64,000 nucleotides of DNA from Camelus dromedarius (Eukaryota): positions 7,626,001-7,690,000 of the forward strand of contig NC_087436.1 in the NCBI RefSeq assembly GCF_036321535.1, written 5' to 3'. The stretch's first letter is position 1, and each line of letters opens with the position of its first letter. This document shows positions 51,468 to 64,000 of the stretch, in pieces. Position numbers and translations under genes: made by a program. The notes under the pieces are model-generated. The model had not been told where the DNA came from, did not search any database, and worked only from the letters and a program-made list of their open reading frames with translations.

Positions 51468-53505
51468 TCCTTTAAATACAAGGTTTTAAAATAATATAAT
51501 TTGTTTACTTACATTTGTACAATATATTTTGATTTGCATGTTTTAACTTGTTATGAGAATTTCCACTCTCAGTTCAAAATCTAGATCAGTTATAACGGAT
51601 TATCAATAAGTCATGATATGAGAAAAAGCACCCAAGCAAATACCAGTTATACATAAATGCAATGTTTGTTAATATTATACCGCAGATCCTTACCTGATTA
51701 CCTTTCCCCAGTCCTCATGGATCGGTTTGCTGCACTTCTACTTAATCCCTAATGAGTCTGACAGAATAGCCTGCAAATTGTTGCAGGTTTATCTGACTCT
51801 TTTAGTTAATGAGGTGCCATGGGCTTCCTAAATGAATGCATCAATAAAACAACTTCTCTTCCTCTATGTTTTGGCAGAGAAATGATTCACCTCCCTTAAC
51901 TGCTGCATTTAGAGAGCAAATTTTAAGTCACATAACTTCTAACCATGAGAGAAATCTAGTGCTTGCCGACATGATCTATGTTTTATGTATAACACAGGTG
52001 GATACATTCATCTTTGGAAAAGTCTGTTTTGCTAAAGGACTGATAAAACACTTGTATTTCTGTTTCTATTAGATTTTAAAGGAATAAAACAATGGAGCAC
52101 AATTGTTTCTTTGTTTGTTTCTTTTTTTTTTTTTTCTGATTTAATTCAATGTGGCTGTCAAGGCTATCAACCGGCCAAGCTGCTGTCGCAGTTTTACTAA
52201 ACAGACCAGTTCTTGATTTATTAGCTTTCAGACTCAACCTTTGCTGTGTTGTTACATTCTTGGGCTTACACAGCACCTGTGTAAACCTCTGGTGATACAC
52301 TTTTATTTATTATTCATGCAACTTTCAGGGACAAATAGGAGGCAAACTGGTTCAGAGGTCATCACGATGATTTAAGGTCAAGCTATGTGGCATCTGAAAT
52401 TTCTTCAGTAACATCCTTCTGATTTCCTGATAAACAGGGCGATCCAATCAGCTAAAATAACATAAAAGGTTGTGGCCTTTCAAAAGGGATTCACCTAAAT
52501 GAAAAGAAATTTGTTTAAGACGTGGCTTTCCCGTTCCTTTCAGCTCGTCCTTTTAAATGTTGTTATACCTTTTGTAGAAAGGGTGGGCATACGGATGCAA
52601 CTGTGTCATCCATCTCTAGAAAGAATACTCTGGAAAAAGGGGTTTTGCCAAGTTGAATTTGGCCATTTGTTATCATTAGAGAACTGTTTGTAAAAAACCA
52701 GAATTTTCTTCTTAGCTGACAATGCAGAAACATCAAAGGCCTAAATAATCAAGACTCAGGAAAGAATTTTGGACTCATTCATCATTCTTGAACACAAAGT
52801 TCCTGTTCTAACTTGGCAACACACATATTTTTAGTATCATATTTTAATCATTCTTTGCACACCTGCAATCAGAGTGACATCCAATTTGAGTAGAAGACTT
52901 CTTTAGAAACAATGAATCACATTTTTTTTTCATTTTTAGAAATCAGAAAATTGGGGGAGATCTATCATGAAACAATGAATTGTATTACACTTATGAAGAA
53001 ATCAGCAGTTTAAAATACCTAAAACCCCTTTAACTAATTTGAAAATTTGCAAATTTGGTTCCTTAATACATGTGTAAATGTCAGCAGAGACATTTAGAGA
53101 ATCTCTCTCTGTACAAATATTTAATTTCCTTTTTTATTTAACAAGTATTTATTCGAGCAAAGTCCTTGATTTTTTCACAGAATACAGTGACTCCTTTGCA
53201 ACCTTCATCCCTGTAAATTGTACCACCTACAACGTGGTTGCTATAGTCAAAAATGAAAGGTTCTTTCTTGTCTCACCTTCCCCCCACCTCCTACCTCCAT
53301 CCTCCCACAAATTCACTAGGTTTTAACTATAAACCTATCACTGGTTTTTTCTCACCTCTGGTGTCACCACTCGTATGCAAACCACTGCCTCCTCTTACCT
53401 GGACCACTGCAGTCCTAACTGGTGTCCCTGATTTTAACCTGGCCTCTTAGAGCCTGATCTGTATCAAACAGCCAAAGGTGTCTTTTAAAAATGTCAATCA
53501 CATTA

Positions 53506-54610
53506 CAGGCATTCTTCAGAGATACTGTATGTTCATTTTCAGACCACCATGATAAATCCCAGTCACACGAATGTTTTGGTTTCCCAGTGCCCGTAAAAAT
53601 TATGTTTACACTATACTGTAGTCTATTGTGTGCAGTAGCACTCTGTCTAAAAAAAAAGTTCATACTTTAATTTAAAAACTTTAATTTTAATTTAATACTT
53701 ACCATATGATCCAGAAACTCCACTCCTGGGAATACATCCAGAGGGACCTCTAATTTGAAAAGATAAATGCACCCCAGTGTTCATAGCAGCACTATTTAAA
53801 ATAGCCAAAACATGAAAGCAATGTAAATGTCCATCATCAGATGAGTGGCTAAAGATGTGGTACATATATACAGTGGAATACTACTCAGCCATAAAAAATA
53901 ATAAAACAATGCCATTTGCAGCAACATGGATGGACCTGGAGAGCATCATTCTGAGTGAAGTAAGCCAGAAAGAGAAAAATGCCATATGATATCACTCATA
54001 TGTGGAATCTAAAAAAAAAAAAGACCCAAATGAACTTATTTACAAAATGGAAACAGATTCAAGGACATAGAAAACAAACTTATGGAAAGGGAAGTGGGAA
54101 GGGATAAACTGAGAGTTCAGGATTTGCAGATACTAACTACTATGTGTAAAATAAATAACAAGTTTCTACTATGTAGCACAAGGAACTATATTCAATATCT
54201 TGTAGTGACCTATATGAAAAAGAATATGAAAATGAATATATGTATATTCACACATGACTGAAGCATTGTGCTGTACACCAGAAATTGACACAACATTGTA
54301 AACTGACTAGACTTCAATTGAAAGAATTGGCGTATAAAATACTTTATTGCTGAATAATGCTAGCCATCTCTGAGCCTTCTGTGAGTTGTGGCAATAACAT
54401 CAGCGATCACAGATCCTGGGTCACCATCACAGATAGAAGAGTAATGAAAAAGTCTGAACTATTGTGAGAAATACAAAGTGCGACTCAGAGACACGAAATG
54501 AGCAAATCCTATTAGAAAAATGATGCCGACAGACTTGCTGGGCACAGGGTTGCCACACGCCAGTTTGCACAAATGAAGACTGTGAAGCACAATAAAATGA
54601 GGTCTGCCTG
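53506..54610 (+). mobile_element. Internally deleted Tigger1 DNA transposon with TA TSD
   Basis: TA|caggcattcttc at the left end and gaggtctgcctg|TA at the right end; internal gtcacacgaatgttttggtttcccagtgc and gacttgctgggcacagggttgccaca. Confidence 0.9.
53701..54337 (+). mobile_element. Young 5'-truncated L1 nested in Tigger1
   Basis: ccatatgatccag through to the L1 3' UTR; aatactt flanks both sides (53694-53700 and 54338-54344) as a likely TSD. Confidence 0.92.
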
Positions 54611-54789
54611 TATGTTGTCTCTGTGCTTGAAGCTCTTTTATATCTTCTTATTCCAGCTCTGGGTGATTTCACACTCCTCCCGTGTACGCCAAGGACCTCC
54701 AACTGACATCATACCCTGTACCTCCTCCTGCCTCACTGCAAGAGTGGTTTCTATTTGTGTAATAAAAAGTGGGAAGGCATTTTTTCTTA

Positions 54790-55170
54790 AATGTGTGAAT
54801 GCTGATGGGTTTTAAGCCTCACCTCTTCATCGTCCCTCTAGGCTCCAAATGTGAGCAAGGGAATTATAATGTCAGGGTAACTGCTTCCCTCCAACTTAGT
54901 GCCAGTGAGAGATTCAAACCACTGCTCAGATGTGGGAATCCTCACCCCTGCCTACCCCCAACCACCATAAAACCCCCAAGCCAATCTCCTTTCCATTTTT
55001 TCTCCTTCTTTTTTTTTTTTGGACATGTTTGGGAGCCACTGTATTCTACCCAGAAAGCTTCATTATGTGAGGAATAAACCTCTTCATACACTCTTACTGC
55101 AGGGTCATCCGTCTCAAAATAAGAACCAGATTTTGAGCATGGGTTGGGTGTTCATTCTGGTTCTCTGGAG
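54790..55170 (+). mobile_element. ERVL-class LTR (MER74/LTR53-like)
   Basis: aaccaccataaaacccccaagcca, agaaagcttcattatgtgaggAATAAAcctcttcatacactctt. Confidence 0.6.
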
Positions 55171-56469
55171 TGGTCCTATAATTTGTTACGTTCCTTTGGG
55201 AAGATAATTCTCTTAGAAGTTACATTCTAAAAAGTCAACAGTTATGTATATAGAGAAATACAATTCTTCATTCTGTATTTTCAGAAGGAATCTAATAACC
55301 AGAGAATGGTTAAAATTCAATTAATTGTTTTGTTTAAATGTAACGCATATTTCTCTATTAGTTGGAAAGCAAGTCTTTGTGTAGCACTAATAAATATATC
55401 CAAAATTGTATCATGATACCAGTCGATGAAACATTTTTTATATAATTTTTATTTTATGGATGAGGAAGATCAAAATTATTTTGGCTTGTTAAGCACCCTA
55501 ATATGACTTTTTATCACCTTGCTGTTACTATGCTACAATTTTAATTTTTTTGTTACTTTTCCCTCCCTGAATAACAATTGACATAAACAGAAGTGTTTCC
55601 ATTTTACAGATAAGAAAATCCAGGCTCAGCTATAGCAGCCTGAATTATAGCTATTTAGTGGATACATACTCAGTGTTTTTTATTTATAGCTATATCATAG
55701 AAGACATATGAGGTCACACTGTGCAAAATAACATTTTAAAAGTCTAACAGAAATAGTACTTTGAGTCCTCAAGCAAATATCATATAAAAGGAAATGTTGG
55801 AACATTGCTGGAGGCTGATAGTTTTTTTTTAAACGCAGTGTTTTGTTAAACAGGTACTCTTGATGCTAATCAGGCTGTTATTAGAAAAGAAAGTGCATTC
55901 ATAAAGCTAAAAAAGCTTAAAGTTTGATTATTTTAGCAGCAGGGTTAGAAAGAAGTCTCTCTTGCTCAATTATGAGCAGCAAAATCTTTATTTTTCTTCA
56001 CCCCTAGGTTGGAAATTATCATGCTGATGAGGGTATCAGGTTGTCTTTTAGATTTACATTTAATTTGATCCATGTGGATTATTTGAATAAAAAGATAATT
56101 TTCCTACTCTGACATAAAGGGCAACTACAAGCTTAATTTGGAAAAAAAATCTTTGCAGGAGATGAGGATACATTAAGATTCTCAAATTCCTAAAATGATC
56201 ATCTTCATGTCAGGCTCTGACTTTTGAATCCAGGAATGGAGTCATGGTGTAAACCATCATAAACAGGTTTAAAAGCTTGCAAGCCTTAGATTTAAGGATA
56301 AGATGAATTTGGAGAGAGGATATGCTTACTTTGACATTTTACAGTGATAGACCATAAGGAGAGGGGGTAGGACATTTTGCTAAGTGCCTTTGAATTCTTC
56401 TGAAACATCATCCCTTAAAAGCATCTCCAGCAGACCATAAACCAATCTCTAAAAGAGGACAAGCTGTCT

Positions 56470-56700
56470 TATTGTTAAGGTCAGAGTACCAGACTACTTG
56501 GGTTCAGATCCTGTCTCTACCACACACTACCTGTGGGAATAGAGGCAAGTTACTAAACTTCGTTGTGCCTCAGTTTCCTCTTCTGCAAATTACATAATGA
56601 CATTGCCTATTTCTTCAACTGATGAGAAGTTTAATCGAGTTTGCACATGGAAAACACTCAAAGCAGTGCCTGCTGTAGAGCAATTTCTTTATAAAACGTT
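56470..56700 (+). mobile_element. MIR SINE
   Basis: gggttcagatcctgtctctaccac...ggcaagttactaaactt...gtgcctcagtttcctcttctgcaaa. Confidence 0.85.
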
Positions 56701-56817
56701 ACTTTAACAGCTAATAATAATGGTTTTGATATATTATTTGACTCCTGTGTGTTTATACTTGATTCTCATCTGTGAGACTATAAGCAACTTGACAAGATGC
56801 TTTATAGATAATTGCAC

Positions 56818-57300
56818 TGTCGACTGAAAAAAGAAAAGCACAACCTAAAAGTTGAGAGTTATGTTTTATTCAGCAGACTTTCTGAGGACTTCAAGCCCAG
56901 GAAGGCAGCGTCTCAGATCACTCTAGAGAGGCAGGAAGGAGCCAGGATATATAGGAGATTTTGCGACAAAGACCGGGTAGTCGGAACATCAAAAGATTAC
57001 TGCTAATTAAAGAAAACCAGGTATCTCAAGCTAAAGAATTAAACACTTTTCTATGTAGGAGAAGGCACAAAATGTCTGCTCACTGAAATCACTCCTTTGA
57101 TGTGCACTTAGCTTTCTCGGGCCAGTGCCCTGTTCTTTCCCATCCTGAGTTCCCTCGGGGGGGATCATCGGGGGTGGCTGCAGAGGCCCCGCTGCCTGCT
57201 TGTCTCCATCCCGAGATCCCTCGCTCACATCAGCAGCTGATGATTGCGTGGCTGCGGCATCCTTTGTTTACTGATGTGGCTGCAATGGTTTTCATTCACG
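56818..57300 (-). mobile_element. Complete ERV1-class solo LTR (MER41-like as recalled), TSD GCAC
   Basis: GCAC at 56814-56817 and 57301-57304; minus-strand TATA (~56948) and AATAAA (~56866); relatively CpG-rich. Confidence 0.85.
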
Positions 57301-59139
57301 GCACTTTCGGGTTCTACCAAGTGGTCTGTCTGCCGTGAATGGTACCTCTATTGTTGGTAATATTCAACACAAATGTGGATGAATCACCTTGACTCTATTC
57401 TGAACATAAAAAATAATCAAGCATATATAATTTATCTAGGAGAATATCCTAAGATTTACTAACCTAAGAAACACCAATGTAATGTGTTAGTCATGATACT
57501 AACCAGTGACATTAGGGCCTGGTAAGATGGCGACAGGGAGTGCCTGTTTGTTGAGCCTCTATGGAAACTTTCCCATAAATCCAAATGTTTTGTTATGATG
57601 CCAGCAGCCATGTGGCTAAGCTACTTTTTGTTCCCTAAGACACTTCACAATTTTCTAACTAGGCTGACCTCCTGACTATTAAGGTTTTCCCTGGATTAGC
57701 GTTTGTCTGGGTCAACCAGAGATCGGTGGAGAATCTTGGAGGATGCGTTTATCTCTGTGCATCAGGCATGACGCTGTGTCAGAACCAGGTTACGCTGGCC
57801 AGTGACTCTGCCTCCAATGAATTTATAGACAATCTAGTTCACATTACAAGACAACTATATTGTGCTCATTTGCTCAACAAATGACAACCAAGCCACTTAC
57901 ACATCCTGTTTAATACTTCAAGAGTTATGCAGGCAATGTCCTCAAAAACAATAACCCGGAATATACTCAGAGTTTCCCTAGAGAAATGTTTGGGATCAGA
58001 AACTTTGCTGTACTGCAATTGTCAACAGAATGGATAAAAGCCAGACAACCAAACTGCTTTAGGTGAGCTTAAGAGAGATGAGCCTGTGCAGGGCAGCGAG
58101 ATGAAGTTCTTCAAGGGCGTGCAAGAAATGTACACCCGTGCTGCTCTGCTTTAGGAAAACCACGAATCACAACATCACAAAACTGGGAAAGAGTCTTTTC
58201 TGTGACTAAAAGAGCTTAGGACTGAGCTACCACTGTACACAGGTTGACTCAATTTGCAGGTCTGTAATTTGTTCGCAAGGAGTTGAAAAGACAGATCAGA
58301 TAGCAGCATAATGTTCTCCTGGAGGAGATATATAGAAAGCCGGTCTTCGTGGACCAACATTGCAGAGAAGGATGTGTAGCCTGGGCTGCTTTGCAGGGTG
58401 GATTGCAGCATGAAGGGCATCATCTTTGAAGGGGAGCAACTCCTGCTCCTGATCATCACATTATTTATCCCTGTATCCCTACAGGGAAACCAGATCGCAT
58501 CTATTTTCTGAAATTGGCAACCAGACGTACTACTGCCTTAACAGGGAAGAAGGATACACTGTGTAAAATCAGAATTGCCCAAACGCTGTTAAACTGTTTC
58601 ACTAAGTCAAATGTAAACAGAGGAGGTAAGATGATAACATAAAAATAAATGGGTTAAAAATGTGGTGAACTCCCGTGGTGAGCTACACAGGTTTCCAGAA
58701 AATGGTGCAACACGACACATCGACAGTGATTAAATACCTAAAAGGGAATGCAAAGCAGAGTATTCAGCTCAGTCTCCAGCAATGTCATTGTTGTGCAATG
58801 GTGATCACACCAGGAGCCATGGTGGAGCAGGGTTCCTGGGCCCGTCTGTTAGACATCACTTTCCTTTCTCATCAACCCCTCATTTTTCATCATCTCTTCA
58901 GTCCTTTTAATTGCTCTGAGCCAAGATTTCTTTTTGCATCCAGCCATGAGGACTTAACCCATCAATACCCAACGTAAGCAAGACATTTATAAAGACAGTA
59001 GCGAAATTACGGTTCTCTTGTTTTTCTAAATATCGAGCTAGTTCTGCTTCTAAAACTTAGCCTTTTCCTTGATTGCTGAATAAGTCTCTAATACAGTGTT
59101 TCTAGTTAGTTAAATCCAAATCCGGAAAGGCACAATTCG

Positions 59140-59166
59140 TATTTATTTATTTATTTTAAAAGAATT

Positions 59167-59217
<51 letters not shown>

Positions 59218-59357
59218 TGGGGGGAGGGAAGTAATTAGGTTTATTTACTTTTTATTTATTTATTTATTTTATTTTTAGAGAAGGTACTGGGGATTGAACC
59301 CAGTGCCTTGTGCATGCTAAGCATGCTCTCCATCACTTTGAAATATACCCTCCCCCC
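59140..59357 (-). mobile_element. Vic-1-type SINE with expanded (ATTT)n tail
   Basis: ggtactggggattgaaccca...gcatgctaagcatg...tataccctccccc. Confidence 0.9.
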
Positions 59358-60689
59358 ATGTTTTATTTATTTCAATATATTTGTTCAGCTGTCATTCGTT
59401 TTTATTCGTGTATAGGACACAGATCCTTTGGGTCTATTTTTTTTGATAATAATTGTAGAAACATGCACCATTATATGGTTTCCTGAGTACTAAGTGTAGT
59501 TAAATTTTACCCTAAATAAATACCGTGTTATTTACTTAAATTACAGAACAAAGAGATGGGTGTTTTTCAATTCATACATGTTTATCAAATATACAAAATA
59601 AGATCTAAATAACCCAAGAAATGCAATTAAAAATGCAAATAATATTGGATTTCAATACAGTAAATGTCATCATGACTATAATTTTTACATAATAGTGTGC
59701 GATACTAAGCATGGCATACTGTAATTTCTTTGAGTTAGAAAGTTCACAGTTTCTTAAACTATATTAAAACTAACCATTATTACTGCAAAACAGTGGGAAA
59801 TAAACCATAATTTTCTAAAATGTTTTGTACATTTCTTTCTATGTGAGATAAAGTATTGAATATAATTCAAACGCATTACAATATTCAATTAATATTCAAT
59901 ACTGAGCTATTTTTTCTGGTTGGTTCTCAAAAGCTTTATAAACCACATTCTCACTTAAAGTGTTTTGCCTAAACTAAGATTATGAAGTGGAAATAGTAAA
60001 AGATTAATCACAGGAGTTCCAAATTTTGGTAGATAATCTTTCTTATGGTTGATAAAATTCCCAATGCATTTTTTCTTTCCTCTAATTCTCATTTGGGGAT
60101 GGAGGAAAGAAGATTAAAATAATATGAAGAAAATATCCTCACAAGTTTACAATGGATTATACTTAGGCAAAAAGATTAACTGGATATCTGCTTATGTGGA
60201 TTTGAGAACAATTTGTGGAAGGCACACTGCTGGGATGTAGATGATACAGTAAAAGATAGTCCAGGCAAAAGAGCATGGAGACAGACCGGTGACCAAGGGG
60301 AAAGTATTAAGCGAAACCACACCACTGCCTCTGTGAAAACCTTGAGATAGATTGTGTTGCTGTAGTAGACAGAATAAATTTGAAACAGAGGAACAGTTCA
60401 AGGCAGCTACTACTAGTCCACCTGTAAAATGCTTAGACATAGTTCTTTGAGTTTTTTTTATTTCTAAGAGTCAATCAATCACCATTTATTAAAGATCCAT
60501 TGTATACATTTTACTATGCTCAGATGATGGAAAATATTGCATAAAAAGAGTACAGTATACATGCAGGTTCACAATCAAATATATGTATGAGTATATACTA
60601 GTGAATATGGAAAAAGTGTAATCTAAAAGGAGAACACCAGATTCAGAAAACTCAATACATTCATGACTTAAATAGGTTTTTCAGTTTTC

Positions 60690-60950
60690 GTATATATATA
60701 TGGAATATATATATATATATATATATATATACGTATATGTATAGTCAATTTACAATGTTGTGTCAATTTCTGGTGTACAGCATAATGTTTCAGTCATACA
60801 GGAACATACATATATTCATTTTCATACTCTTTTTCACCATAAGCTACTACAAGATATTAAATATAGTTCCCTGCACTTTACAGAATAAACTTGCTGTTTA
60901 TCTGTTTTGTATAGACCAGTCAGTATCTGCAAATCTCGAACTCCTAACGT
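60690..60950 (-). mobile_element. Young L1 3' end with (TA)n tail
   Basis: atagtcaatttacaatgttgtgtcaatttctggtgtacagc...ctgcaaatctcgaactcc. Confidence 0.9.
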
Positions 60951-61249
60951 ATCAGTTTTTTTTTCATTCTGTGAGACTTTATTAGGTGAGAAAAAGAGCC
61001 TCAAAACCTTGCAAATTTTAAGTTTGAAATTTTACATATTCAAAAGGAGACAAGATGTCTTCAATAGTAGTTTTTGAAAAACTGAATCCATTTTTATATC
61101 ACCCCCATGAATTTAGCCACATCTAATTTGCACTGATTTTTAGAAGTTCTCATAGGTTTGATTTGTTCCTGATAAATTCAGTTCATTAATATTTAAGCAC
61201 CTAACAATAATAATATAAATTTAGCATATTAAAAATTATACCAACTATC

Positions 61250-61460
61250 TTTAATTAGGTGCTTTGCCTATTTCAGGCTCTGTGCTAAGGAACTTACTAG
61301 TCAGACGTCACGTCATGTAATTCACAATGAAGATGAGGTATGTATTATTATTACCATTTTAAGGGTGAGAGACCTAAGACTTACAGAGTTGAGTGGCTTG
61401 CCCAAGGGCAACTAGTAAAGAGGGAAGAGCTTCAAACTTTAGCTATCTGGCTCTGGAATT
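61250..61460 (-). mobile_element. MIR SINE
   Basis: caggctctgtgctaagg...tgaggtatgtattattattaccatttt...gagtggcttgcccaagg. Confidence 0.75.
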
Positions 61461-61491
61461 AAAGTATCTATGTTTTAATTAATGACCTTCC

Positions 61492-61855
61492 TTTTATTTT
61501 TATTTTAAATTTATTTTTATTTTTAATACAATTTTTAAAGATTATTTTCCATTTACAGTTACGTCAAGATATTGGCTTTATTCCCTGCATTGTACAATAC
61601 ATCCTTGAGCCTATTGACCCCCAATAGTTTATGCCTCCAACCCCTCCCCCAACTCATATTGTCCCTTCCAGGTCCTCCTCCCTGGTAACCACTAGTTTGT
61701 TCTCTATATTAGTGAATCTGCTTCTTTTTCGTTGTATCCACTACTTTGTTGTACTTTTAGATTCCACGTAAAAGTGATATCCTATAGTATTTGTCTTTCT
61801 CTGTCTGATTGATTTCGCTTAGCGTCATGCCTTCCAAGTCTATCAAGTTTGTTTT
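61492..61855 (-). mobile_element. L1 3' end (intermediate age)
   Basis: T-rich tail; ctggtaaccactagtttgttctctat...ttttagattccac...tatttgtctttctctgtctga. Confidence 0.85.
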
Positions 61856-62443
61856 TAAATTGCAAAGCATAAGACGTCACACCAGGCTTTACCGACAAAG
61901 CTGAGAAGTGTATTCAGAGTCCTTTGTGAGGAGCTACCTGTGGGAATAAGGAAATAAAGATGGGTCATGAGGTAGACAAAGAAGAGCCATGACCACTCCA
62001 CTCTCTCCTTGTGGGTTGTCTCCGGATGGTTGGAGACAGCCAGGGGAAGGGTGAGGTGTGAACAGATCAGAGGTGTAGTACCCACTCAGGGAGTTTCGGC
62101 TGAGGCTGAATTTTTGTAATGAAAGAACTTTGCTTGTATGTTGGGAGCCAAAAGCTCAAAGCAGAAAGACTACCTCTGAGAAACTGTCCATTTGACCGAA
62201 ATTGGCCAAGCAAGACCCCATGATCAGCTAGTATTTAAGAAACACTCCTGAAATACTGATAGCCTGGAGACAGTGACAAGCTCAGATCCAGAGATCCAGA
62301 CATCCTGCTTATTCCAATGCACTAAGCAGCTCAGGTTTACCACCCAGAGTGAATAGATAGATCATTCCATATACAGTAGCCACCCAGAGGAAGTACTTGC
62401 TATTTGTTAATTGCCTGGGGCTGTCCTGTACACCTTAAATTAC

Positions 62444-62517
62444 TGTGTGTGTGTGTGTGGGTGTGTGTGTTTGTGTGTGTGTGTGGGTGTGTGTGTTTTT
62501 GTGTGCGTGTGTGTGTG
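62444..62517. repeat. Interrupted (TG)n microsatellite
   Basis: Directly visible. Confidence 0.95.
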
Positions 62518-63136
62518 CCGAGGTGGGGCGCTGGCCTGTGATTCCTTTCAGACTTTAGTTTTCCATTTTCTATCACCTTCTCTTACTAAACACTTACGTA
62601 TCTTTCCCCAAGTCTCCTCAGGAGAAACTTTTCACTTGATATTCAATGCATCAATTAATTTATGGGCCTCTTAACTTATAAATATCAACACTGACAGGTG
62701 ACTGACAGGTCATGTCTTTATATAAAAATTGTATGCATATTTAATAGTTAATGCTGGATTCATTTTAAAAAATCCTAGTTATTTCTACAAGGCATACTTT
62801 TTAAGCATATCATTTGTTTTGAACTTTATACGGAGCATAAATGTGGGAACAATTTTGTTTTATTTCCAAATCTGATACAATGACAGACTTAGAATCTATT
62901 TATAGACATTGACACCTGTAATAAACAGAAGCTAAATGTTCCTCTAGAACTTAAACATTGGCCTTATTCAATGTTGCATCTGAAAAGGATACGTTGGTCA
63001 ACTGGGGTTACAATAAAATTGATAAATCAAAAAAGGAATAAAAAAAGAAAGGAGGAAGAAAGAGAGGGAGGGAGGATGGAAGAAGGGTGGATTAAAAAAG
63101 GGAGAGAGAGGAAAACGAGGAAGAGTGAGTATATTT

Positions 63137-63290
63137 TATTATTTATTTAATTTTTTGTTTTGTTTTGTTGTTTTTTGTTTTGGGGGAGGTAATTAGGTCT
63201 TTATTTATTTTGATGGAGGTACTGGGGATTGAACCCAGGACCTTGCACATGCTACGCATGCACTCTGCCACTCAGCTATACCCTTCCCTC
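63137..63290 (-). mobile_element. Vic-1-type SINE with perfect 16-bp TSD
   Basis: aagagtgagtatattt at 63121-63136 and 63291-63306; antisense A and B boxes inside. Confidence 0.95.
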
Positions 63291-64000
63291 AAGAGTGAGT
63301 ATATTTCACAACATTTGAGATGATCTGCTTAGGTCCCTCATGTAACGTCAGAAGCACATAGTTGATGCTTACTTGCACGGAATACTAGAGAACATTGTAA
63401 ATTGGCATAATTCAGATTGTCTGGAAGCTCATCTTAAAATATGAAGATTCTATAAAGGTCCTTTCTCTTTCAGGGATCTGGGAATCTTGGAGAAACAACT
63501 TAGTTCTACACCATTATGCAGTTAGAATTAAGAATATAATGTTGGAAGTGGCCGTTTTCAGTGTTGAATTTTTAATTTTTCACTTTAAAAAACTTTTAGA
63601 ATATATTTGTGTTTGCATTTTATTAATAAGTATAATATTAATTTATTAATAAAGTTATATTATATCATGTTATAAAATTTGTTTTAATTAAAAAACTCCC
63701 AATTTACAGAAGTAATGTTAATAGTTTAAATCTGCAGACTACATGTTTAAGTGATTTTTAAGTTTATTAAAAAAAGATTATCTAAACTACTCTCAACAGT
63801 TCTGTGGGTTTAATTTTAACATTCTGTAAATATATTTATATTATCTGTTAACTCTCATAGAATTATTAGGATTATTCTGCCATTTATAACTTAACATTTT
63901 TACAATTTGTGTCTATATCACTATTATTGGATATGGTTATATATTATTTTGAAGCTATAGTAAGCCCAAAGTTATTCCATTGTTTTATCTTTAGACCATT

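Noticed and set aside
58175..58459. 94-aa minus-strand ORF
   Set aside because: No recognisable domain or convincing exon structure; the length is within chance expectation.
61300..61316. Tandem CRE-like motifs gacgtcacgtca
   Set aside because: Inside a MIR, and explained by a tiny slippage duplication; no promoter context.
63030..63125. Purine-rich tract with possible triplex potential
   Set aside because: An irregular low-complexity GA run without clear mirror symmetry; common in mammalian DNA.

Overview
This is AT-rich, CpG-depleted mammalian genomic DNA, most likely camelid (camel, alpaca or llama). The basis is three tRNA-derived SINEs of the Vic-1 type and young L1 3' ends of the camelid/artiodactyl style. 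I find no credible protein-coding gene, RNA gene, CpG island or prokaryotic-type system; the ORFs I could interpret are chance frames or decayed L1/LTR fragments. Roughly half the window is interspersed repeats: L1s of several ages, L2, MIR, MaLR/MLT1 (including one LTR-internal-LTR element), ERV1 and ERVL LTRs, Tigger1, MER58 and microsatellites. Family names come from recalled consensus sequences, not a database search, and boundaries of old elements are approximate. The most notable structures are: (1) an old ~160-bp inverted repeat (4766-4925 / 5598-5761) that may continue beyond a 3.9-kb L1 insertion; (2) a compact L1 insertion with a 13-bp TSD, a 5' inversion and a 3' transduction (19535-19851); (3) an mRNA 3'-UTR retrocopy inside an old L1 (11889-12182); (4) a local copy of an L1 tail plus its flank inserted into an LTR; (5) a cluster of same-family ERV1 LTRs; (6) a perfect 50-bp palindrome; (7) a repeat-free, enhancer-like block near 52 kb. 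I cannot support a claim of a new biological system.
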